This document shows, piece after piece, positions 20,145 to 28,979 of a stretch of 63,312 bases of DNA. A program made the translations under genes and the position numbers. How positions within the stretch are numbered: the first letter of the stretch is position 1; the number at the start of each line of letters is the position of its first letter. Source of the DNA: an uncultured Christensenellaceae bacterium (GTDB taxonomy: Bacteria > Bacillota > Clostridia > Christensenellales > DTU072). The notes under the pieces were generated by a model, which worked only from the letters and a program-made list of their open reading frames with translations, made no database searches and was not told where the DNA came from. The stretch spans positions 1,783-65,094 of the forward strand of contig CAYMPR010000004.1 of assembly GCA_964392385.1 (NCBI GenBank). Reading direction: 5' to 3'.

Positions 20145-20173
20145 ATTATACAATGATAATTTTCTATTTGCAA
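20145..20173 (-). promoter_or_regulatory. promoter of crp/fnr-hydrolase operon
   Basis: Minus strand TTGCAA, 17 nt, TATAAT. Confidence 0.55.
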
Positions 20174-20195
20174 GACATTTAAAAATTTGTATGAT
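20168..20195 (+). promoter_or_regulatory. candidate divergent promoter for the 244-aa ORF/AEC operon
   Basis: Plus strand TTGCAA, 16 nt, TATGAT. The self-complementary TTGCAA is the same hexamer used by the minus-strand promoter. Confidence 0.4.
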
Positions 20196-20229
20196 ATCAT
20201 TATATCAATTTATTGAATTTGGAGCAATT

Positions 20230-20964
20230 ATGAACAATGAATTAAATCTAAAAGCTTTTGAAGAGTGTACAAATGCTTTTTATTCCTCCAGGCTAATATT
20301 AATTGACAAACCCATCTCAAGTTTACTGAAAGTATTAGTAGGAAGAACAGATTATTTTGAAATTATAAGTAATTGTGCAAAAGCATCGCTTTTCTCAACT
20401 GAGTACAATAAAGCTATATCTGTTGGCTATGAGGGGAAAAAATTTCTTCTGCCGGATTCTGATTCTAGAATTATATCGCTAGTAACAGGGCTTCTTTTTG
20501 AGTTTGATAAAAATAATATTTCCGTTATTGATTTTCTTTCTTCTTATTTTCCAGCTAAAAAACCACATGAATCTTACATTAAATTTTGCGAGAGTGTTAT
20601 TCGGCCTTATGAAAAGAGTTTTAAAAATCTCTATTTAGGTATTATATCTCGCGACGAGGAAGAAACAGAAAGAGAGGAAAATATTAGTCTTGTGCCCTTG
20701 ATTGACAAAGCAAAAGAAGACTGTGATTATTGGCTAAGAACCATGCTAGATACAGTAATAGGAGACAACTCAATCGATGAGAGACTAAGAGCAGACTCAA
20801 TTAGAATGATTAACGGTTTTCTCTATGTTTTAGAATTAAACAACCCAATGCTACTAAATATTGTCTGGACAGGTCTTGATAGGACATTATCAAGCGTGTC
20901 TAGTTGCTATAGAGAACTTAGGGAATTAGAACTTGTATTAAGAAATTATGGGGCAATTGAATAA
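20230..20964 (+). CDS. hypothetical protein (244 aa, predicted helical, no recognised motif)
   Basis: Long ORF. ATG 20230 with GGAG 6 nt upstream is preferred over ATG 20191. The stop abuts the next ATG (TAAATG). Confidence 0.6.
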   Translation: MNNELNLKAFEECTNAFYSSRLILIDKPISSLLKVLVGRTDYFEIISNCAKASLFSTEYNKAISVGYEGKKFLLPDSDSRIISLVTGLLFEFDKNNISVIDFLSSYFPAKKPHESYIKFCESVIRPYEKSFKNLYLGIISRDEEETEREENISLVPLIDKAKEDCDYWLRTMLDTVIGDNSIDERLRADSIRMINGFLYVLELNNPMLLNIVWTGLDRTLSSVSSCYRELRELELVLRNYGAIE

Positions 20965-21921
20965 ATGTTGTTTTTGGCAAGTTTTGAAAGTGTAGCACTT
21001 TTACTTTTCATGGCAATCCCTGGGTTTATTATCGCCAAGCGCCATATGATAGTTAAAGAGCAAGCAGTTTCTTTCATATCAGTTATTTTGCTGTATGTTT
21101 GCACCCCTTTTGTAACAATTAATTCCTTTTTAAAACAAAACTTTGATGTTTCTGTAGTAATTAACCTAGGAATTGTTTTTTTCTTTGTCGCTATTCTAAT
21201 TATTGCTTTGGCTTTCATTGGTAAGTTAATTGCAAAAATTACAGTTAAAAATGGGACTGATGATGAAAAAAGGATGATATCTTATGCAAGTGCATTTGGA
21301 AATACTGGTTATATGGCAATACCTTTTTTACAGCTATTATACCCTGGTAATCCTCTTGTTTTACTATATGCAACAGCAGGAATTACAGCTTTTAACATCG
21401 TATCTTGGACTTTTGGTGTTTTTGTTTTAACTGGCGACAAAACAACTATGAATTTAAAAAGAGCACTTCTAAACCCTGCAACACTATCCTTTATTTGTGT
21501 TCTACCACTCTATATTTTAAATTTAAATTTTGTTAGATTCCCTTTATCAGGATTACAAAACACAGTAGGTTTCTTTTCAACGATGGTAGGTCCTATGGCA
21601 ATGACACTCGTTGGAATTGAACTTTCCGACATGAATTTTAAAGAGCTTTTTACCGATTATAAACCTTATCTTTCTTCACTTGTTAGACTAATTATTTCTC
21701 CTGTATTAGCTTTTTTATTAATTTTATTAATTTCTCTTTTTTATGATATGTCCCCTTTAAAAGTAAACTTAATAACAATAGCTGCTGTACCATCGGCAAA
21801 TAATATAATGATGTTTTGTTCAAGGCTCGGAAAACCAACTAAATTACCTGCAAAGATGGTAATTATATCGACTTTGATTTCTATTATTACTATTCCTATA
21901 GCGCTGACTTTATTCACCTAG
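20965..21921 (+). CDS. AEC (auxin efflux carrier) family permease
   Basis: About 10 TM segments with an N-terminus typical of the Mem_trans/AEC family (LLLFMAIPGFIIAKRHMI...). Confidence 0.8.
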   Translation: MLFLASFESVALLLFMAIPGFIIAKRHMIVKEQAVSFISVILLYVCTPFVTINSFLKQNFDVSVVINLGIVFFFVAILIIALAFIGKLIAKITVKNGTDDEKRMISYASAFGNTGYMAIPFLQLLYPGNPLVLLYATAGITAFNIVSWTFGVFVLTGDKTTMNLKRALLNPATLSFICVLPLYILNLNFVRFPLSGLQNTVGFFSTMVGPMAMTLVGIELSDMNFKELFTDYKPYLSSLVRLIISPVLAFLLILLISLFYDMSPLKVNLITIAAVPSANNIMMFCSRLGKPTKLPAKMVIISTLISIITIPIALTLFT

Positions 21922-22257
21922 TTGTCAATTTTACTATTTCAACTTTTAATTTCCTACATACACAGGAATATTTTTCCTATGTGTTTAGCTATTTTTCTCT
22001 TTTGATTTCTACAGATACTACTGTGATATTACCTAGCTTTTTTGCACCGTTATTTGCCCAAAAAAACTGCAAGAATTTGTACACTATCGGTGGAACTTAG
22101 TCTGACAATTTGCTCTTTTCCCTTTCAACGTAACTTACTTTGGCAATTAACTAGCTTTTTTACACCAACTTACTAATGGCTCTTTACTCGGGAAATGGTT
22201 GTCAATTTGTACTACAATGTTATATACTAACTATACAAAAATGTTTGGAGGTATAAT

Positions 22258-22464
22258 ATGAAAATAACTAAAGATACACTACTCGTTGATGCTTTAAAAA
22301 TGGGGAACACACAGGCAATGGCAGAAGTTTTATACGGATTTGGAATGCACTGTCTTGGTTGCATACTTGCAAACAATGAAACTGTTCAAGAAGCCGCTGC
22401 TGCACACGGAATAGATGCAGATAAAATGCTAAAGGCTCTTAACGAGGCTTGTGACAAGAAGTAA
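22258..22464 (+). CDS. DUF1858 / hybrid-cluster-protein-associated redox disulfide protein
   Basis: MKITKD...FGMHCLGC...ETVQEAAAAHGID matches the small CxxC DUF1858 family. GGAGG RBS. Confidence 0.8.
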   Translation: MKITKDTLLVDALKMGNTQAMAEVLYGFGMHCLGCILANNETVQEAAAAHGIDADKMLKALNEACDKK

Positions 22465-22474
22465 TCTGTTACGT

Positions 22475-22548
22475 TGGAGCATGGTGCAATGGTAGCACAA
22501 AGGACTCTGACCCCTTTGATGTAAGTTCGATTCTTACTGCTCCTGCCA
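22475..22548 (+). tRNA. tRNA-Gln (anticodon CUG), CCA encoded
   Basis: Hand-folded cloverleaf: acceptor TGGAGCA/TGCTCCT, D arm GTGC-AATGGTA-GCAC, anticodon loop CT-CTG-AC, T arm GTAAG-TTCGATT-CTTAC, discriminator G, then CCA. Confidence 0.8.
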
Positions 22549-22553
22549 TGAAC

Positions 22554-22583
22554 ATGGGCTGTCTTTTGACAGCCCATTTTTAT
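22554..22583 (+). terminator. intrinsic terminator after tRNA-Gln
   Basis: ATGGGCTGTC-TTTT-GACAGCCCAT followed by TTTTTA. Confidence 0.8.
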
Positions 22584-22641
22584 TTAATTTATGGTATATT
22601 TATAATATCTTAAAATATAAATTACCTATTGGAAGAAGCAA

Positions 22642-23427
22642 ATGAGTGAATCTAATATGAAAAAACTTGAGAAAAGATTAGTTGGGGCAACAAGAAAAGC
22701 TATAGAAGACTTTAAAATGATTACTAACGGCGACCATGTTGCTGTAGGGTTCTCTGGTGGTAAGGACAGTATTGCACTTCTTTTTGCTTTAAATGAACTA
22801 AGAAAATACAATATAGTTAACTTTAAGTTATCAGCAATTACAATTAATCTCGGTTTCGAAAGTACTACTCCTTCAATTTACAAAAAGATTTCTGATTATT
22901 GCGATTTACAGGGTATTAATTACTATGTTGTTGACACGAAAATTTATGACATTGTTTTCAAGTCAAGAAATGAATCTAATCCTTGTAGCCTTTGCTCTAA
23001 TATGAGAAGAGGTGCTTTAAACATTAAGTGCCAAGAGATTGGCGCTAACAAGCTTGCCCTTGGACATCACAAGAGAGATTTAGTAGATACTTTCTTATTA
23101 TCTATGTTTTATGAAAATAGATTTTACACTTTTAAACCTGTCACATTTTTAGATAGATCTGGGATTACGGTTATTCGCCCTCTTTTATATGTTGAAGAAG
23201 GAATGATAGTTAATATCACGAAGGATTATAATTTACCATTCGAAAAAAGCCCCTGCCCTCTCGACAAAGCTAGTAAGCGTGAAGAAGTTAGAATTATATT
23301 AAATCAAATATCTAAAACCATTCCTTCCGCTGAGGATAGTATATTTTCCGCAATAATGCATCCTGAAAGAATGAATCTTTCTGCTGATACTCTGCCTTCC
23401 AAAGAGAAAAAACAAGAATTGGAATAA
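22642..23427 (+). CDS. PP-loop ATPase, TtcA-family tRNA thiolation enzyme
   Basis: SGGKDS PP-loop, CSLCSNMRRGAL and a later PCP cysteine, as in tRNA 2-thiocytidine synthetase-like proteins. Confidence 0.8.
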   Translation: MSESNMKKLEKRLVGATRKAIEDFKMITNGDHVAVGFSGGKDSIALLFALNELRKYNIVNFKLSAITINLGFESTTPSIYKKISDYCDLQGINYYVVDTKIYDIVFKSRNESNPCSLCSNMRRGALNIKCQEIGANKLALGHHKRDLVDTFLLSMFYENRFYTFKPVTFLDRSGITVIRPLLYVEEGMIVNITKDYNLPFEKSPCPLDKASKREEVRIILNQISKTIPSAEDSIFSAIMHPERMNLSADTLPSKEKKQELE

Positions 23428-23433
23428 ATTAAT

Positions 23434-24267
23434 ATGTTCAAATCATTAAAAGATAAAATCAAAATTTGGATATCACTTGCTCTTACCTTTCTTAAGATTG
23501 GGAGTCTTACATTTGGCGGTGGATATGCGATGATTTGTGTGATTGAACGAGAGGCAGTCACGAAAAAGAAATGGCTAAGCTCGGAGGAGATGCTTGATAT
23601 TGTCGCAATTGCTGAAAGCACTCCTGGACCTATTGCTTTAAATGCAGCTACTTATGTTGGGGCTAAAGTCGCAGGTTTTATGGGAGCACTTATTGCCTCC
23701 ATTTCTGTACTGCTACCTGCAGTAATAATAATTACATTGATATCTTCTTTAATTAACCAATTTTTTGACAATAAATATCTAAATTATGCTTTTTTAGGGA
23801 TGAGAGCTGGAGTTGCTTCTCTCATTTTAAACGCAGTACTAAAATTAGGTAAGTTCTTAAAAAACGAAAAAAGGCCTGCCGTATATGCAGTTTTAATTAT
23901 TAGCTTAACACTTGCTCTTTTATCTGCATTTAAAATCCTTCCTTTTGACAATATATTCATTATTTTAGGGACAATATTATTTGGCATTATTTACACGTTT
24001 TTCAAGGGATTATCCGATAAGAAAAAAGGGATTATAGAGCAGCAAGAAGAACCAATAAAACCCTTTGAACCACCAACATGTTATTTTTCACCAGATTCCA
24101 TTAATATTATTGAAGACTCTCCCCTAATTTCTTCCGTTGACAATAAGGTTAACTCTTCAAGCATATCAACAATTGAGAACTCCGAATTAGCGCAAAAAAT
24201 AAAAGATAATGATGATTTTCCTGTTTCAAATAGCCAAGGTAATCTTCAAGATGGAGGAGAAAAATGA
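23434..24267 (+). CDS. chromate transporter (CHR) family protein, half-size, with long C-terminal tail
   Basis: FGGGYAMI...AESTPGPIA CHR signature. An ~87-aa polar tail follows the last TM. Confidence 0.8.
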   Translation: MFKSLKDKIKIWISLALTFLKIGSLTFGGGYAMICVIEREAVTKKKWLSSEEMLDIVAIAESTPGPIALNAATYVGAKVAGFMGALIASISVLLPAVIIITLISSLINQFFDNKYLNYAFLGMRAGVASLILNAVLKLGKFLKNEKRPAVYAVLIISLTLALLSAFKILPFDNIFIILGTILFGIIYTFFKGLSDKKKGIIEQQEEPIKPFEPPTCYFSPDSINIIEDSPLISSVDNKVNSSSISTIENSELAQKIKDNDDFPVSNSQGNLQDGGEK

Positions 24268-24827
24268 ATATTTTCCTTGATCTCTTCCTTAGCTTTTTCA
24301 AAATATCCTTGTTTACTATTGGCGGCGGATATGCAATGATTCCGCTTATCCAATCCACTGTTATTGGAAAAGGTTGGATAGATGCCGAAACACTTATAAA
24401 CTTTATCGGAATAGCAGAAAGCACTCCAGGCCCATTTGCCATTAATATCGGGACATTTATCGGCTACAATATGGGGGGAATAATGGGAGTAATCTGTGCA
24501 ATTGCTGGACTATTCATTCCGCCCTTTATCATTATTTTATGTTTATTTTATTTTGGGAAGAAGTTTGCCACCAACAAATATGTAAAAGGTGTCTTTGTCT
24601 TTTTAAGGCCAGCTGTACTTGCATTAATTTTTACAGCTTTTGTTTCTGTTACTTATGCAACGTTATCAGTAGTACCGCCAAATGGCAGTGATAAGTTTAA
24701 CTGGTTTGGTATTATATTAATGGCTTTATCTTTCATAGGAATGCGAGTATTCAAAAAGGTTCACCCTGTAGTGTTTTTGCTTTCTACTGCAGCCTTAGGT
24801 TTGGTATTTTATGGGTTTATAATTTAA
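24264..24827 (+). CDS. chromate transporter (CHR) family protein, half-size
   Basis: Second copy of IGGGYAMIP...AESTPGPFA. ATGA overlap with the first half. Confidence 0.8.
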   Translation: MNIFLDLFLSFFKISLFTIGGGYAMIPLIQSTVIGKGWIDAETLINFIGIAESTPGPFAINIGTFIGYNMGGIMGVICAIAGLFIPPFIIILCLFYFGKKFATNKYVKGVFVFLRPAVLALIFTAFVSVTYATLSVVPPNGSDKFNWFGIILMALSFIGMRVFKKVHPVVFLLSTAALGLVFYGFII

Positions 24828-24880
24828 CCCGTTTTTACACTTTCAGTATCATTGGGGAGATAATCTATTCGTGCATCAAT

Positions 24881-24911
24881 AATTAAAAATAGCCACCAAA
24901 AAGTGGCTATT
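24881..24911 (-). terminator. terminator between convergent genes (best fit for the minus-strand symporter)
   Basis: AATAGCCAC-loop-GTGGCTATT. On the minus strand the stem is followed by TTTTAATT. Confidence 0.6.
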
Positions 24912-24953
24912 AAAAGTTAAAGACAATAATACCTTAGCAAAGTATAAATTTGC

Positions 24954-26534
24954 TTAAATCTGTTGATTTGCAACTGAAGTATCTTTCTCAGTATCGATAG
25001 CTTTTTTTGACAGCTTTTTATCGAAGAAAAAACCTATTGGTGTTAGAGCCATTGATAAAACCATGCATATAACGCCTATAACAGGAGCGCGTTTAATTCC
25101 TAGCTTAATTAAATCAACAAAAGAATTCCCACCTGCAATTGCTCCAAAAACAAAAATTAAAGTTACTGTAGTAACTAAAGCAGTAGTCATTGAGATATAT
25201 CCACCCACTTTTGTAGCTTTTTTGCAGTATAAACCATAAATATATGGCCCAATAAATGAACCTGCTAGTGTTCCCCAAGAAAGAGACATAAGAGTAACTA
25301 TCGCATCAACCCTGAAAATTGCCAAAATAGCGGAAATTAGAACAAAAATACCACTAAAAACTCTAACAACTAATTTTACACTTTTTTCGGAGGCTTCTTT
25401 TTTTATGTGTGCTTTGTACGTATCAACTCCTATAGATGATGCGGAAACTAAAGCAACTGACGACAACGTAGACATGCTAGCGGCTAAAACAAGAACACAA
25501 ATCAATCCTAAAACCGCAAATCCCATTAAATCATTTTGCAAAAACATATTTGGTATAATATTTGCTCCTCCTTCAGAAGGCATAACAGGATAAAATAATC
25601 TAGAAAAACTACCATTGAAATAGGCGCCTACACCCACCACAAAAGCAAAAACAGTTGAAATTATACATCCTTTTACTACTGCTGCGTTGTCCTTTATGGC
25701 ATAAAACTTTTGAACAGATTGAGGTACGGCCCAAACACCAAAAGATGTTAACATAATATTGAAGAACAAAATAGTTGCTGGGGCATCTAAAAAATTCCCA
25801 GTCGTTGATACCGTTGATGGGAATAATCCATAACCTGTTTCCGACAGTTTTCTTAACCCTTCAAACCCATTTACCTCAGGAGATATAAGCATCAAAATAA
25901 TAATGATGACAACCCCTAATAACATAATAATACCTTGGGCAAAATTACTTATGGCATTACCTAAATATCCTCCTAAAACGATATAAACAGCGGTTAAAAT
26001 TGCCATAATAATAACACAGTACTCAAACTTTATCGCAAAGACAGCTTCAAAGATATATCCAATACCTTGGTATACCGAAGTAGAATACGGAATAAGAAAA
26101 ATAAATATAATAATTGAAGAAAAAATCCTTAATCCTGGTGAAAGATATCTTTTCCCAAAAAATTCAGGCATAGTTTTTGCATTTAACTTATGGGTAACTT
26201 CTCTAGTCTTCTTTGCAAGTACTATCCATGCAGCAAGCGATCCAATGAGGGCGTTTGCAATTCCAATCCATATTCCCCCAAGTCCAAGTGACATACCAAA
26301 CGTCCCAGCATATCCTATGAAAACTACGGCAGAAAAATAGGTCGTTCCATATCCAAAAGCGCTTAGCCAACCACCTACTGACCTGTTTCCAAGCAAGAAA
26401 CTATCAAGTGTAGCTGCCTTCTTCCTGGAATAAATTGAAATCCCGATTATAAGTGCAATGTACAAAAATAAAACCAAATAGGCTTGCCATCTTCCTTGAT
26501 TTTCTGAAGCAGAAATAAATAGACTAAAATTCAT
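24954..26534 (-). CDS. sodium:solute symporter (SSS) family transporter
   Basis: About 13 TM segments with an SSS-type N-terminal region. ATG 26534 with a GGGGGA RBS chosen, because the ORF-track start overlaps ksgA. Confidence 0.8.
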   Translation of the reverse strand: MNFSLFISASENQGRWQAYLVLFLYIALIIGISIYSRKKAATLDSFLLGNRSVGGWLSAFGYGTTYFSAVVFIGYAGTFGMSLGLGGIWIGIANALIGSLAAWIVLAKKTREVTHKLNAKTMPEFFGKRYLSPGLRIFSSIIIFIFLIPYSTSVYQGIGYIFEAVFAIKFEYCVIIMAILTAVYIVLGGYLGNAISNFAQGIIMLLGVVIIIILMLISPEVNGFEGLRKLSETGYGLFPSTVSTTGNFLDAPATILFFNIMLTSFGVWAVPQSVQKFYAIKDNAAVVKGCIISTVFAFVVGVGAYFNGSFSRLFYPVMPSEGGANIIPNMFLQNDLMGFAVLGLICVLVLAASMSTLSSVALVSASSIGVDTYKAHIKKEASEKSVKLVVRVFSGIFVLISAILAIFRVDAIVTLMSLSWGTLAGSFIGPYIYGLYCKKATKVGGYISMTTALVTTVTLIFVFGAIAGGNSFVDLIKLGIKRAPVIGVICMVLSMALTPIGFFFDKKLSKKAIDTEKDTSVANQQI

Positions 26535-26550
26535 TGATCCCCCTACAAAA

Positions 26551-27519
26551 CTATTTCTCGTAATCAATTATATCGATTTGTTTTCCCTTTTCGCTTTCCT
26601 CTTCCTCAGTAGAACCATATTCTTCTTCAAAGAACATATCATCTTCATAGAGATTATCCTCGTCATTTTTCTCTTTAATTGTCTCCCCTACTAAGCTAAA
26701 AATCGCATCGGATACTTTTATATAGTCTTCAACAGTTAAATCTTCACCTCTAACATCCTCGTTAAAGCCCAATGACTTTAGCAAATCATTAATCGTTTCT
26801 TTACTAATCTCGGGGAAAGCACTAGTAATGTTGTTTGTAAATGTTTTTCTTCTCATATGAAAACCTGAACGAATTAATCGTTTTAATGTTTTCTCATCTT
26901 TAAATTCATATCTTGAGGAGTTAAAGAGAATAAAAACAACTGCACTATCCACTTTTGGCACTGGGAAAAAAACGTGTTTATTGACTTTTCTTAAAATTTT
27001 CACTTCACCCTTTAATGCTAAACTAATAGTGATTGATCCATATTCGCTTGAACCAGCTTCAGCAGTTAATCTATCGGCTATTTCTTGTTGAACCATGAAG
27101 GTGGCTGACACAATTGGAAGATTGCTTTCTGCAAATCTCATAATTAGGGGTGTAGTTATGTTATAGGGAATGTTTGCCACAATTTTAAACTGTCCACCAG
27201 TATAATTAAGAATTTCATCATCGGAAAGCTTCATTATATCCCTAAATATCACCTGAATATTATCTAGTTCTGCTAGAGTTTCTTGTAAAATAGGCTGCAG
27301 AGACATATCTATATCGAAAGTAACAACCTTCCTTGCTATTTTTGCAATAGCTCGAGTTAATGTTCCTGCACCTGTACCTATTTCTAGGACCACGTCTTCG
27401 CTAGTAATTCCTGAATCCCTTACTATTCCATCAAGCAGTGTTGAGTCTGTGATAAAATTCTGACCTAGTGATTTTTTAAATCTAAACTCATTTTTTACAA
27501 GAATTTCTCTAATTTCCAT
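26551..27519 (-). CDS. rsmA: 16S rRNA (adenine1518/1519-N6)-dimethyltransferase
   Basis: LGQNFITD, EIGTGAGTLT and NIPYNITT motifs. Extra acidic ~40-aa C-terminal tail. Confidence 0.93.
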   Translation of the reverse strand: MEIREILVKNEFRFKKSLGQNFITDSTLLDGIVRDSGITSEDVVLEIGTGAGTLTRAIAKIARKVVTFDIDMSLQPILQETLAELDNIQVIFRDIMKLSDDEILNYTGGQFKIVANIPYNITTPLIMRFAESNLPIVSATFMVQQEIADRLTAEAGSSEYGSITISLALKGEVKILRKVNKHVFFPVPKVDSAVVFILFNSSRYEFKDEKTLKRLIRSGFHMRRKTFTNNITSAFPEISKETINDLLKSLGFNEDVRGEDLTVEDYIKVSDAIFSLVGETIKEKNDEDNLYEDDMFFEEEYGSTEEEESEKGKQIDIIDYEK

Positions 27520-27539
27520 TGATTTTCCTCCAGGAAAAT

Positions 27540-28130
27540 TTATTCAGTATAATGTCTAATTCTAAATCCAACATTTATGCTCTCAGCAATCTTTCTTGCC
27601 AATTCTTGTTCTTCTATGCTTATTACATCCACAACAGTTAATATTACTTTGGGTATGTATTTCTTTGATTCCTTAGCAAAATCAATTATCGCTTGAAATG
27701 CTTTTTCACCATCTTTGGGGTGACAGATTTTGTTATATTTTTCTTTATTTACCGAATTAAGCGAGATACTCATTGTATCAATGTATCCAGCCAATTGTTT
27801 TGCGACATTACCACCAAACAGAAGTTCTGCCTGACCATTTGTATTAAGCCTTGTCTTTTTTCCTTTTGAGTGCAAATATTGTGATATCTCCTTAATTGCT
27901 TCAAGTCTATAGGTCGGCTCGCCATAACCACAAAAAACTACTTCTTCATCTAAATTCTTTAAATCTGGAAAAGAATCAATGACTTCTTTAACGCTTGGCT
28001 CTCTCTCTAGCCACAAATCCAAATCGTGAAATGCATCGGTATTTCTTATGCAAAATTCACAAGAATTCGAACACTTGTTTGTTAGATTTATGTATAGCTT
28101 GTTTTCAACTTTATACGAATATGTTCCCAT
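27540..28130 (-). CDS. TatD-associated radical SAM protein
   Basis: CSNSCEFC (CxxxCxxC) near the N-terminus, small size (~196 aa), and placement directly after tatD. Confidence 0.75.
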   Translation of the reverse strand: MGTYSYKVENKLYINLTNKCSNSCEFCIRNTDAFHDLDLWLEREPSVKEVIDSFPDLKNLDEEVVFCGYGEPTYRLEAIKEISQYLHSKGKKTRLNTNGQAELLFGGNVAKQLAGYIDTMSISLNSVNKEKYNKICHPKDGEKAFQAIIDFAKESKKYIPKVILTVVDVISIEEQELARKIAESINVGFRIRHYTE

Positions 28131-28180
28131 TTATACCCTTTATTTAATCCTTTGATAATTTGATAACGCTTTTTAAATAT

Positions 28181-28960
28181 CTATGCGTTTTTATTGTCAA
28201 CTATTTTTTTAAAAATCCTTTTTGCATTTTTTGTTGTAAGTTCACTAATGCTAACACCCATTGTCCACTCTTCCATCTTATTGGCAACGTATTTTATATA
28301 TTTCGGAAAATTAATTTGCCCACGATATGGTTCAGGTGTCATATATGGACAATCTGTTTCAAGAAGTAACCTATCAGGAGGTATGGCATGAAAAACTTCC
28401 TCTTTTTTTGCATTTTTGAAAGTAATTGCGCCGCCTAAACTAAAATATGCATCAAACTCAAGAAATTTTTTTACCATTTCAGCAGAACCACTATAACAAT
28501 GAAGCACAACACCATTATTTAGACAACTTTCTAGTTCCTTTAGGATTTTATAGGTTAACTCATAAGCATCTCTAACATGCAAAACAATTGGGAGAGATAC
28601 AGAAGAGGCAAGAATAATTTGACGTTTGAAAACTCTTTCCTGCTCTTCTCTAGAACTTCGATCATAAAAAAAATCTAATCCAATTTCTCCATAAGCTACT
28701 ACTTTGGGATCAAAACATATAGATTGTAATACTTCAAAGTCCTGTTCGCTTGCCTTTCCGCTATCATGTGGATGAATACCTATGATGGCATACATCTTTT
28801 GATGTTTTTTCGCGATATCATAAGCTTCGATAGATGATTGTTTATCCCATCCTACGTTTATTATTGACTCTAAACCATCTTTGCCCATATTATCATTAAT
28901 TTCTTGAAGGAAAGGATAAAGCCGTTTATCATTTAAGTGAGCATGAGTATCAATATACAT
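28181..28960 (-). CDS. tatD: TatD family metal-dependent hydrolase/DNase
   Basis: IDTHAHL start, the HxH, E, H, H, D ligand pattern, and the conserved metG-tatD order. Confidence 0.9.
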   Translation of the reverse strand: MYIDTHAHLNDKRLYPFLQEINDNMGKDGLESIINVGWDKQSSIEAYDIAKKHQKMYAIIGIHPHDSGKASEQDFEVLQSICFDPKVVAYGEIGLDFFYDRSSREEQERVFKRQIILASSVSLPIVLHVRDAYELTYKILKELESCLNNGVVLHCYSGSAEMVKKFLEFDAYFSLGGAITFKNAKKEEVFHAIPPDRLLLETDCPYMTPEPYRGQINFPKYIKYVANKMEEWTMGVSISELTTKNAKRIFKKIVDNKNA

Positions 28961-28979
28961 CTAATCATTCCTTAAGCGC

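Noticed and set aside
18500-24827. Accessory-looking block (hydrolase to CHR transporters) as a genomic island or defence locus
   Set aside because: There are no integrase, transposase or flanking direct repeats at a tRNA. The tRNA-Gln is internal and intact. There are no nuclease, ATPase or methylase genes typical of defence systems. Composition looks like the rest of the window.
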